In this document: one piece after another, positions 28,328 to 37,113 of the stretch
How the letters are laid out: each line of letters begins with the position of its first letter
How positions within the stretch are numbered: position 1 is the first letter of the stretch
DNA from: Acidobacteriota bacterium
GTDB taxonomy: Bacteria > Acidobacteriota > UBA890 > WLXD01
Assembly (NCBI GenBank): GCA_963666055.2
Contig: CAXWPH010000015.1
Location: forward strand, 928,001 to 992,000
Direction: 5' to 3'
Length of the DNA: 64,000 bases
The notes under the pieces: model-generated
Databases searched by the model: none
Seen by the model: the letters and a program-made list of their open reading frames with translations, nothing else
Told to the model about the DNA's origin: nothing
Translations under genes and position numbers: made by a program

Positions 28328-30343
28328 CTATTGCCCGCGGCGTGGCGCATCCTCGCCGAGGCGTGCCTGCAACCAGGCGTATGTCCGGCCGGTGCGCAAG
28401 CGCAAGCCGGCGTCCTCCCGCTCGATACCCGGTAGCGCGAAGGCTCGCAGCGAGCTCTCGGCGGCGTGCATGTACGCACTTCGGCGACCCGTGTCATCGG
28501 TAAGCAACGCGCCGTACGCGAATCCGTCGGCAAGGAGCGATGCGGCGGGGCACGAGAGCATTTGATCGAGCAGTTGCTGTAGCGCCTGTTCGGCTTGACG
28601 ATCGGCTCGCTGCGTCAGCCGCCTGGCCCAGGCATAGCGGCCGAGTGCCTCGAGCACCAGCCCGGCCTTCGCGGCGTCGGGTCCGCATGCAGCCGCATGC
28701 AGTCCGATCGCCACGGTTCGTAGCCTGGCTTGCGCCGCCTGCAGGTGGACGGGAGAGCCGGTGAACTCCCACATGTCGAGGTGCGCCACGGGCAGCCACG
28801 GATTGGCATCACGATCGTTGTTTCGCAGGAGTGCGCCCGCCGCCGCAGCGAGTGCCTCCTCGACGCGCGGATCTCCGGTGAGCCAGAAGTACAGTAGCGG
28901 CCCGCGCAGCCGCAGCCCGAAGCCCTCGTCGGCACCGGCGGCGACGCGCTGCGCCGCGGCTTGCAGCCAGGCAGCCTCGTTTCCCTGGCTGCCAAGCCAG
29001 CTGGCGAGTAACCCGAAGGCCGGGTCCCAGTCTCCGTCGGCCCTCATCGCAGCATCGGCGGCTGCCGCCTCGACGACGCCGAGGCCTGCCGGGCCCAGAC
29101 CGAGTGAGTCGTGATACCAGGTAGTCTCTGCCGTCGCCACGAGCGGGCTCGAGAAGGCGCGGAACTCTCGGACGTCACCGGCACGCCCACCTCGGAACTG
29201 CAAGAAGAGCTCGACCGTGGCACAGCCGTTGCCGACGGGGGTGATGTCGACGGTAATGTCGCCGGCGCCTGCGAGGCTGATCTCGCGTACGCTGCTATCG
29301 GAGCCGGGCAGCGCTCCGACCGTGACGCCCCACCCGAGGGCGCTCACCTCGGCCCAAGCGACGCTCTCGTCGGTCCAGAACGACTGCCCGTCGAGTTGGG
29401 CACTCCACACTGCATCGGCATCCTGTCGGACCATCCGTGCCACGCTGCGGGCGTCGAGAGGGAAGGACTCGCCAGGAAACCAATCGCTTTCCGCGTCGCC
29501 GACAGATAATCCCAGCGCCACGCGGAGCGGGTCACCGAGGGTCTCGACGGGAATACGCAGCCGCACAACATCGTTGGTCGGAACCCCACAAGCCCGCACG
29601 ACGGTCCGTAGCCACGGCCGATTCCGATAGGCGTGCAGCCAGACCAGCAGGCGTGCAGCAGAGTTGCCCGTTGGCTGCGCTTCCAATCGAACGATGGCCT
29701 CGGCCGGCCCAGAGGAGAGCAGTCGCGCGCGCAACGGTATCGCCTCCAGCCCTGTGGGCCCCGGCCACTGCAGCTCAGCGCCGCTGTCGCCAATCAGTCG
29801 TACATCGAGGCGCCGGTCCCCGTTCATGTCGATGCGGAGATTCTCGAACAGGCCACCGCCTTCGTTGGCGACGCGGAATCCGAGCGCCCCCGTATCAACA
29901 TGGATACCGTCCGGCCCACGCCAAGCGATCTTTGCGGTCGGAGCAGCAGTCGGGCTTTGCACGAGCTCGAAGGTTGCTTTGCTCCGTGCCTGCAGGTCGG
30001 TTGCGAAGGTCAGTGCCAACCATTTGATGGGCGCGCTGGGGTCGTCGGTCGGACGGTTCCAACGCGCCAGCACACGAGCGTTGAAAGGGATCGGCTCGCC
30101 GTTCGAGTCGCGCAGGTCGAACGCTGTGATATCGACAACGCCGCTGTTCTGGGGCAGCGGGACGCCGGCCAGCACGGGCGCCTGTGATCGTTGAATCCCG
30201 GCAGTTTCCGTTACCTGCAAGCGGATGCCCTGCGGCTGGCTGCCGCCCAGCGCCTGGGCGCGAGCGCCGCCGGCGCACACAATCGCCAACAGTGCGGTAA
30301 GCAATGCGCGGAATGATATTCGTGATTTCAAAGCTCTCATCAT
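28328..30343 (-). CDS. secreted protein resembling exo-rhamnogalacturonan lyase (PcRGLX-like) N-terminal modules
   Basis: Signal peptide; GVPLP...VLARW...SAPIKW, VDTG.L.F, SSGP motifs; helical C-terminus. Confidence 0.5.
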   Translation of the reverse strand: MMRALKSRISFRALLTALLAIVCAGGARAQALGGSQPQGIRLQVTETAGIQRSQAPVLAGVPLPQNSGVVDITAFDLRDSNGEPIPFNARVLARWNRPTDDPSAPIKWLALTFATDLQARSKATFELVQSPTAAPTAKIAWRGPDGIHVDTGALGFRVANEGGGLFENLRIDMNGDRRLDVRLIGDSGAELQWPGPTGLEAIPLRARLLSSGPAEAIVRLEAQPTGNSAARLLVWLHAYRNRPWLRTVVRACGVPTNDVVRLRIPVETLGDPLRVALGLSVGDAESDWFPGESFPLDARSVARMVRQDADAVWSAQLDGQSFWTDESVAWAEVSALGWGVTVGALPGSDSSVREISLAGAGDITVDITPVGNGCATVELFLQFRGGRAGDVREFRAFSSPLVATAETTWYHDSLGLGPAGLGVVEAAAADAAMRADGDWDPAFGLLASWLGSQGNEAAWLQAAAQRVAAGADEGFGLRLRGPLLYFWLTGDPRVEEALAAAAGALLRNNDRDANPWLPVAHLDMWEFTGSPVHLQAAQARLRTVAIGLHAAACGPDAAKAGLVLEALGRYAWARRLTQRADRQAEQALQQLLDQMLSCPAASLLADGFAYGALLTDDTGRRSAYMHAAESSLRAFALPGIEREDAGLRLRTGRTYAWLQARLGEDAPRRGQ

Positions 30344-30479
30344 AATTTTCGAAGTTTTATACTAGTGCACAGTGTCTTTTAGATAGTATCAATAGCTAAT
30401 CGAATGCTCGAAGAACTAACCGGTCGACGAGAAATTTGCCCCTCAACGGCAGCAGCGCGTCACCACGGCCTGCTAGGGG

Positions 30480-31319
30480 TTAGTAGAGGTCGACCGCCGG
30501 TACCGCGGTCAGGAGCCCAGCAGCTCGGGCGCGTTCAAAAAGACGTTCGATGGCCCGTTGCCCGGCTACACCCATATCGAGGGTTGCCGCGTTGACATAT
30601 CGGTACACGTACTCCTCGAGGTCATCGCGGGCCAGGCCGCGCGCGTAGCTCGCGGCGAAGTCGAGGGCTTCCTCCGGATGCTGGAATGCGGCGTGCACGC
30701 TGTGAGCGAAGGCGTCGGCGACCGCCTCCTGAACCGCTGCGGCAAGATCGCGGCGAATAGCTACCACTCCGAGCGGTAGCGGTAGCTGCTCGCGTTTGGC
30801 CCATTCCAGCGCCGGCTCGAAGAGCGCGTGCAGCCCCATACGTTCGTATACCAGTTGCCCTTCGTGAATGATCAATCCGGCGTCCACCTCACCGGCGACC
30901 ACCGCGTCGAGGATGGCATCAAATCGCATCTCGACCTCCTCATAGGTCGTGCCGGCATAGATGCGCAGTAGCATCCGGGCGGTGGTCAGGGCTCCCGGGA
31001 TGGCCACCGTGAGCCCCGAAAGTGGTCCGTCGGTGCCCGCGCTCGGCGGTCGGTTACCGACCACTAGCGGTCCGTACCCGTCGCCGAAGCTGGCTCCGCA
31101 GCGCAACAGCCGATAGCGGTCGGCGAATGTCGGGTAGGCACCCACAGAGATTGCGCTGAGATCGAGGCGGCCGTCCTCGGTACCTCGATTCAGCGACTCG
31201 ATGTCGGCGAACTCCAACTCGGCGTCGAGGCCGCGCCGCTTCAACTCAGCGCGCAGCCCCCATGCCATGAACGCGTCGTCGGGGTCGGCGCTTTGCCCGA
31301 TTCGGAGGATCTGTGACAT
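30480..31319 (-). CDS. mqnD: 1,4-dihydroxy-6-naphthoate synthase MqnD
   Basis: S.DPDDAF, DIESLN, GASFGDGYGP, AIPG..TTA, GLIIHEGQ, LPLPLG. Confidence 0.93.
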   Translation of the reverse strand: MSQILRIGQSADPDDAFMAWGLRAELKRRGLDAELEFADIESLNRGTEDGRLDLSAISVGAYPTFADRYRLLRCGASFGDGYGPLVVGNRPPSAGTDGPLSGLTVAIPGALTTARMLLRIYAGTTYEEVEMRFDAILDAVVAGEVDAGLIIHEGQLVYERMGLHALFEPALEWAKREQLPLPLGVVAIRRDLAAAVQEAVADAFAHSVHAAFQHPEEALDFAASYARGLARDDLEEYVYRYVNAATLDMGVAGQRAIERLFERARAAGLLTAVPAVDLY

Positions 31320-31423
31320 CGTTTCCAGAAGTCCTGTGCCCGGCTCGGGTGGGCGCGGGGAGCTGGCGACTGTCTCTCGGGCACTGTAGTTTAGCTGCTC
31401 CCGCCAACCCCGTCTGATTCCCA

Positions 31424-32614
31424 ATGAGTTCGATCGAAGCTCCTACATCGAGAGCGTCTGCGGTTGAAGAGGAGGATCTCCTCGCCTGGCGTGAGGAGTT
31501 CCCGATCCTCGAATCGTCGTCCTATCTGATCTCGAACTCGCTAGGCGCGATGCCGCGTGGGGTACGCGCGGCGCTGGCCGGCTACGCAGACACGTGGGCG
31601 ACCCGTGGTGTAGGTGCTTGGGAAGAGGGGTGGTGGCTCCTGCCGGAGGAGGTCGGCAACGCCATCGGCAGCATCATCGGGGCGCCGCCGGGCACCGTAT
31701 CGACGCATCAGAACGTCACCTTGGCGTCAGCTGTGCTGGCATCATGTTTCGACTTTTCGTCAGAACGCAACCGCATCGTTTGCTCGGAGCTCAACTTTCC
31801 GTCGATTGTGCAGATGTATCGTGGCTACGAGCGCCACGGAGCGCAGCTGCATCTCGTCGCGTCGCCAGACGGTTTCGAGGTGCCTACAGAGGCGATGATT
31901 GCTGCGATCGACGAGCGCACCGCGCTGGTGCCAATCTCGCACGTCATCTTCCGCGGCAGCTACTTGCAGGACGTCGAAGCGATCATTGCCCGCGCCCGCG
32001 AAGTTGGCGCGAGTGTCGCGCTCGACATCTACCAATCAGCCGGTGTCATGCCTATCGACGTCACCGGCTTGGACGTTGACTTTGCGGTGGGCGGGGTGCT
32101 CAAGTGGCTCTGTGGAGGCCCGGGGGTGGCCTACCTATACACGCGCGCCGACCGTATGGCCGAGCTCGAGCCGGCGCTCACAGGGTGGTTCGCGCGTCGC
32201 GAGCCGTTTGCTTTCGATCCGCACGACACGACCTACCGAGATGATGCGTGGCGGTTTCTGAACGGCACAACCCAGATCCCATCGCTATCAGCCGCGGTGC
32301 CCGGACTGGATATCATCGGTCGCCTCGATCTTGCGAGCGTGCGACGTAAGTCGCACCGACAGACGCAGTTGATCATCGCGGCGGCCAGCGAGCGCGGCTG
32401 GCGCGTCAACTCGCCATTGTCGACCGAGCGCCGTGGCGGGCACGTTACCGTCGATGTTCCGGACGCCGATCGTGTGGCGCAGCAGCTGATGCAGCGGCGC
32501 ATAATGGTTGACTATCGGCCGGGTGCGGGCATTCGCATGGCGCCGCATTTCTACACCATGGACGCCGAGATCGAGCACGCGTTCGCAGCCATCGACGAGC
32601 TCACGCGTCAGTAA
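31424..32614 (+). CDS. kynureninase-like class V PLP aminotransferase
   Basis: REEFP, SNSLG, DIYQSAG, LKWLCGGPG. Confidence 0.85.
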   Translation: MSSIEAPTSRASAVEEEDLLAWREEFPILESSSYLISNSLGAMPRGVRAALAGYADTWATRGVGAWEEGWWLLPEEVGNAIGSIIGAPPGTVSTHQNVTLASAVLASCFDFSSERNRIVCSELNFPSIVQMYRGYERHGAQLHLVASPDGFEVPTEAMIAAIDERTALVPISHVIFRGSYLQDVEAIIARAREVGASVALDIYQSAGVMPIDVTGLDVDFAVGGVLKWLCGGPGVAYLYTRADRMAELEPALTGWFARREPFAFDPHDTTYRDDAWRFLNGTTQIPSLSAAVPGLDIIGRLDLASVRRKSHRQTQLIIAAASERGWRVNSPLSTERRGGHVTVDVPDADRVAQQLMQRRIMVDYRPGAGIRMAPHFYTMDAEIEHAFAAIDELTRQ

Positions 32615-33678
32615 CCGCGCTGTCGATCGACCAGGTTGGCGAGCGGCACACCCTCGACGAAGCGGCGGTAGTTGTCGGCGAACTCTATGGTGATCGAGTC
32701 GACCTCGCTGGGGCCCGCTATGTGCGGTGTAACCCACGCCCGTGGCTCGGTCCACAAGGGACTCTCTTCGGGCAGCGGCTCGTGCTCGAAAACATCCAAG
32801 ATGGCCGCTCCGAGCACGCCGTCGCGCAGCGCGAGCACGAGGGCCTCTTCGTCGATGAGCGCGGCGCGCGAGACGTTGATCAATACGGCGCCCGGGCGCA
32901 TCTGAGCCAGAACGCTGGCGTCGATCATGCCGCGCGACTCCTGCGTCAGCGGTAGGGTCAGCACCAGCGCGTCGCAGGCCGGCACCATTTGCCGCCAGTT
33001 TCGCGCGTCGTAAACATGACTGACATGCGGTACCGGCCGGGCGGTGCGACACACGCCCGAGATCTCGGCGCCAAAAGCAGCGAGCCGCTCGGCGACAACC
33101 TGCCCGATCGATCCGAGCCCTATCACCCCGACATGGGAATCCTTGAGTAGCGGGCGTGGCTGGCCGTTCCACACGCCGCGATCCTGATCGCGCCGGTAGT
33201 CCTCAATGGCAATGAACTGATGCAGCAGGTACCCGACCACGTACTCCGCAATCTGATCTCCGAAACGCCCCAACGACCGGGTTAGCTGGACGCTCGCCGA
33301 GAGGTCGTCGCGGCCGAGCAGGCCGTCAACACCAGCTCCCATGACGTGAATCCACTCCAGCGCCTGGAGCTGACCAAGCGCGCCCGGCGGTGGGGCCCAT
33401 GTGAGCAAGGCTCGCGCCTGGGAGGTTTTCACTCGGCCGGGGCCGGAGCGCACTTCCACAGGTACGCCGGGAAGCCGCTGCATGAGCGCCTTGCGATAAT
33501 CCTCAGCCCTGGAATGCCATACGAGGATCGGAGCAATCTGCTCGACGTCTGGCTGTAACCTGGCAACGTTTTCGTCGGTTGGTGTCAACTGTTTGCTCCT
33601 TGCTCGAGCCGATGATAGCGTAGCTAGCCTTGCCGCCGGTGTCTTCCCGATCTCACCCACCCGCGTCGGAGGATCCAC
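32608..33678 (-). CDS. D-2-hydroxyacid dehydrogenase (GhrA-like); true start probably downstream
   Basis: GAGVD, GLGSIG, LPLT, INVSR, LDVF..EPLP, TPHIAG. Confidence 0.9.
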   Translation of the reverse strand: MDPPTRVGEIGKTPAARLATLSSARARSKQLTPTDENVARLQPDVEQIAPILVWHSRAEDYRKALMQRLPGVPVEVRSGPGRVKTSQARALLTWAPPPGALGQLQALEWIHVMGAGVDGLLGRDDLSASVQLTRSLGRFGDQIAEYVVGYLLHQFIAIEDYRRDQDRGVWNGQPRPLLKDSHVGVIGLGSIGQVVAERLAAFGAEISGVCRTARPVPHVSHVYDARNWRQMVPACDALVLTLPLTQESRGMIDASVLAQMRPGAVLINVSRAALIDEEALVLALRDGVLGAAILDVFEHEPLPEESPLWTEPRAWVTPHIAGPSEVDSITIEFADNYRRFVEGVPLANLVDRQRGY

Positions 33679-33680
33679 GA

Positions 33681-34019
33681 ATGAAGTTCAACGAGCGTCG
33701 CATCGACGAGGTGGTCGTCATCGACCTGAGCGGCAAGCTCACCCTCGGCTCAGGCGATGTGCAGCTGCGCCAGATCATCCGTGACCTTCTCGACCGTGGC
33801 GAGAAGAAGATCGTGCTCAACCTGGATAAAGTTGGCTACATGGACAGCGCCGGTGTGGGCGAGTTGGTGGCGAGCTTCACCACCGCGCAGAGCCAAGATG
33901 CCAAGATGAAGCTGCTGAACCTGACCGCGAAGATTCGCGACTTGTTACAGTTTACGCAGCTGATATCCGTGTTCGAGAGCCATACCGACGAGGCGGAAGC
34001 GGTAGCGAGCTTCGACTAG
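33681..34019 (+). CDS. STAS-domain anti-sigma factor antagonist
   Basis: LSGKL, YMDSAGVGELV phosphoacceptor motif. Confidence 0.92.
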   Translation: MKFNERRIDEVVVIDLSGKLTLGSGDVQLRQIIRDLLDRGEKKIVLNLDKVGYMDSAGVGELVASFTTAQSQDAKMKLLNLTAKIRDLLQFTQLISVFESHTDEAEAVASFD

Positions 34020-34122
34020 AGGTTTGACGTCGTCGGCGCGACGCTGACCAGGTCTCGCTCAGTAGCCGCCGCAGGGGGCGGGTTCGAATGGCTGGCGGAG
34101 GCTCATCAGACGGGGGCAGGCG

Positions 34123-35025
34123 ATGCACGAGTTTCGGCTGACGCCGTCGGCGCCGTTCGGATTTGAGACCACTGCCATGTTCATGTCCCCGGGGGCGGGG
34201 GAGGTGGTCGATGTCTTCGACGGCAAGCGCTTCACTCGGCTCGTCGACGTTAGCGGCCGCATGCGCCTCGTGCTGGTCAGCAGCTTGGGTACCGGGCAGC
34301 GTCCGGAGCTGATCGTCACCCTGATGAACGGCACCGAGCGCGACGAGCCCGGCGTAGTAGCGCTGTTGTCGCGGATGATGGGCATGGGCTTCGATCCGGG
34401 CCCGTTCTACAAGCTCTGCCGCCAGGACCAGGGCCTGTACGGGCTCTCCTCCGACTTTTACGGCCTACGCCCGACCCAGAGGATGCACCCGTTCGAGTCC
34501 ATCACGCTAGCGGTAGCGAGTCGTCCCGGGCTGCATTTTTTCCGCGCCAGCGTTTCCAAGGTTGCCGAGGTCGTGAGCTACCGCGTGGCGTACGCTGGCG
34601 ATACGTTCTTCGCTTTTCCGACGCCGCGCGTGGTTGCTAAGGTAACGCCGGAGGAGATGGTGCAGTCGAACTTCAGCCTGGAACAGGCTCGCCAGCTGCA
34701 CACCATCGCTCAGGCTGCGATGAGCGGCCAGTTGGATATGATCGCGCTGGCTCGCGCCCCGTTGGAGACGTTGGTCGACCGCCTGGCTGTGTACGACGGC
34801 ATTGGCCTGTTGGGGGCCCAACTCACCGCTATCATCGGTTACGGTCGGCTGGATTGCTTTCCCTCCGCCGACCTCCTGTTGCTCGAGTGGCTGGGGCGTA
34901 ACTATGGATCCGGGACGTCATTTGAGCCCTTCGAGGCCGAGCAATGGGCCGAGGGCTGGGGCAACTATCGTGGCCTGGTAGCGTTCCATATCTACGCCGA
35001 GCTGATGGCGAAAGGTCGCCTTTGA
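34123..35025 (+). CDS. AlkA-family DNA-3-methyladenine glycosylase
   Basis: PFES, FPTP, GIG HhH, FPSAD, AEGW..YRG. Confidence 0.8.
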   Translation: MHEFRLTPSAPFGFETTAMFMSPGAGEVVDVFDGKRFTRLVDVSGRMRLVLVSSLGTGQRPELIVTLMNGTERDEPGVVALLSRMMGMGFDPGPFYKLCRQDQGLYGLSSDFYGLRPTQRMHPFESITLAVASRPGLHFFRASVSKVAEVVSYRVAYAGDTFFAFPTPRVVAKVTPEEMVQSNFSLEQARQLHTIAQAAMSGQLDMIALARAPLETLVDRLAVYDGIGLLGAQLTAIIGYGRLDCFPSADLLLLEWLGRNYGSGTSFEPFEAEQWAEGWGNYRGLVAFHIYAELMAKGRL

Positions 35026-35543
35026 TGGCGCGCACCCAGCCGGGACGTGGTCGCGCCGGGCGTTCGAGCGCCGTGCAGACAGCCGTCGATGCGTTCCGAG
35101 AATACCTCGGTCAGCAGGGGCTCCGGTTCACCCATGAGCGTGAGGAGGTGCTCAGCGAGTTTCTGCAGCTCGATACGCACGTGGAGGCTGAGGAGCTTCT
35201 CCTTCGGCTACGCGCAGCAGGATCGGCAGTGTCGCGTGCGACGATCTACCGCACGCTCGACTTGCTGGTACAGGCCGGACTAGGTCGCAAGGTTCGGCTC
35301 GGCACAGACCACTACTACTACGAGCACGTTCTCGGAGCGCGACAGCACGAGCACATGATCTGTGTCGACTGCGGCAAGATCATCGAGTGGTTCGATCGGG
35401 CGCTAGACGAGGTGTTGGAAAGGAACCTCCGGCGTCAGCGGTTCGTGGCTACTCGCTACACCGTGCAGGTATTCGGTTACTGCGACGACTGCGCGCCGCG
35501 CGAGGCGAGCGCTTCGAGCTCGGAGCGCAGCCACCGGATATAG
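35025..35543 (+). CDS. Fur family transcriptional regulator
   Basis: SRATIYRTL, HEHMICVDCG, YCDDC. Confidence 0.92.
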   Translation: MARTQPGRGRAGRSSAVQTAVDAFREYLGQQGLRFTHEREEVLSEFLQLDTHVEAEELLLRLRAAGSAVSRATIYRTLDLLVQAGLGRKVRLGTDHYYYEHVLGARQHEHMICVDCGKIIEWFDRALDEVLERNLRRQRFVATRYTVQVFGYCDDCAPREASASSSERSHRI

Positions 35544-36070
35544 GTCCGATGGTGGGGCCGTCTGTCGATTGCGCGCCAGCACAATGTCGCAACCTCCCCA
35601 CGGACACGACTCCAGTTTCGCCGCAGAAGCGTCGGGAGCGGTAGGTAGCACGGCTCCTCGTCGAGAAAGAGGGCGTCGCGTGCCAGTGTCCAAATGTCGC
35701 ACTGCACTTCGCCATGCGGCACCAACCCCAGTCCCTGCAGCAAGTGCGTGAGCTCGTGAGCCACTGTGTAGTGCGATGGCAGGCGGCGACGCAGATCGAA
35801 GCGAACGATCATGTCCTCGAATACCGCAATCCCATCGGCGCAACGCGTAATGCCGATCGTGACGGTGTGATCGTCGAGCTCCGGAAACCGCAGCAGGCAG
35901 CGCTCGAGGCGCTTCAAGAGCGCGTCGGCGCGCCTATGCTGCACCAGAGGGCGGGTGGGGCGTGCTCGGGCGCCGAAGAGCGATAGTTGGGATGTCACTT
36001 TGGAACCGTCATCGCGCAGTTGGGGGGGCCGCATTGCATCCTGGCCGGCGGCATTACAGGATCCTCCCAT
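35477..36070 (-). CDS. hypothetical protein with HExxH motif
   Basis: VAHELTHL...GE..CD; start uncertain. Confidence 0.55.
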   Translation of the reverse strand: MGGSCNAAGQDAMRPPQLRDDGSKVTSQLSLFGARARPTRPLVQHRRADALLKRLERCLLRFPELDDHTVTIGITRCADGIAVFEDMIVRFDLRRRLPSHYTVAHELTHLLQGLGLVPHGEVQCDIWTLARDALFLDEEPCYLPLPTLLRRNWSRVRGEVATLCWRAIDRRPHHRTYIRWLRSELEALASRGAQSSQ

Positions 36071-36098
36071 ACGGAGCTAGCCTACCGGAGGCACGTGA

Positions 36099-37097
36099 GT
36101 GCGTCGTCTGATTCTGTTCGCTCTTGCCGCCATCGCCGTCTCGGCCTGTCAGAACTGGGATCTGTTGCGGCCGATGGACGCCGACGGAGAGGCTGGCCGT
36201 GCCTTCACCCGCCTGGGTCCGGCGAGCCGGGTACCGCTGACCAACGCGGTCGCCTTGCGACGCCTCGAGCGCATTGCAGCGGTGAATGGCGGTGAGCGCC
36301 TGGAGCTCGTAGAAGGCTTTCTCGACGAGTTTCCGGAGGCGAGGATGTTTGGCCGCGTCCATGAGCTCAGGGGCGAAGCGCATCTCGCCGTCGGTGACCA
36401 CGAGGCAGCCGCGGGCGCTTTCGAACGAGCGCTGATGCTTACCCGAACAGACCTTCTGGGCATCCCGATCGAGAGCTCCCTTCCGTTGCAGTTAGGGCTG
36501 GCGATGGCCAGCTCTGGGAACCTGGCAGGTGGCGCCACGATGCTGCTGCGCGCCAGCGTCGCTGATCACGGCGAGCGACTCGACCGGGCGCTGCGCTGGG
36601 CGTACTCGACCGACTCTTCGAGCGCAGCGAGTTTCGAGGAATGGTTGCAGCGAGGGCGTGATCGCGTTGCCCTGACCGCACCCGATTTCTCGCTGCCTGG
36701 GCTCCAGCAGCCGAAGGTTGAGCTGCGCTCGGCGCTTGACGGGGCGACCCTGCTGAACTTCTGGTCGCCGACCTGACTGGCGTGCCGTGAGGAGTTCCCT
36801 CACCTTGACGCCATCTACCGCGACCTGTCGTCTGAGGGATTGGCGATCATCGCCATCGATGTTTCCAACGATGTCGAGCGGACGCGCCAGTTCTACGACG
36901 AGAACGGCTTCTTCATTCCGGCCGCGTTCGACCCCGGACAGGAGATTTCCGCGGGCTCATATGGTGTCATCGCCACGCCGACGAACTATCTGCTGGATCA
37001 GCGTGGACGCATCGTTTGGCGGCACTATGGGTACAAGCGTGGCGACGAGGCCGATGTGCGACGTGAGATCGAAGAAGTGCTCGCCAAGGCGGACTGA
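36099..37097 (+). CDS. putative selenoprotein: lipoprotein, TPR-like region and TlpA/ResA-like thioredoxin with UxxC (in-frame TGA 36774-36776)
   Basis: Read-through gives APDFSLP...LLNFWSPT-U-LACREEFPHL...IIAID...YGVIATPTNYLLD; both track ORFs are in the same frame; lipobox VSAC. Confidence 0.85.
36778..36813 (+). promoter_or_regulatory. candidate bacterial SECIS hairpin
   Basis: TGGCGT(36778-83)/ACGCCA(36808-13) lower stem; GTGAGG(36787-92)/CCTCAC(36798-803) upper stem; loop AGTTC; immediately 3' of the TGA. Confidence 0.7.
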
Positions 37098-37113
37098 GGC
37101 GGTGGTCCTCGAC

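Noticed and set aside
36774-36776. TGA as a simple pseudogene stop or as Trp (genetic code 4)
   Set aside because: It aligns with the catalytic Cys rather than the preceding Trp position, has a 3' hairpin, and TGA ends many normal genes in this window; a nonsense mutation is not formally excluded
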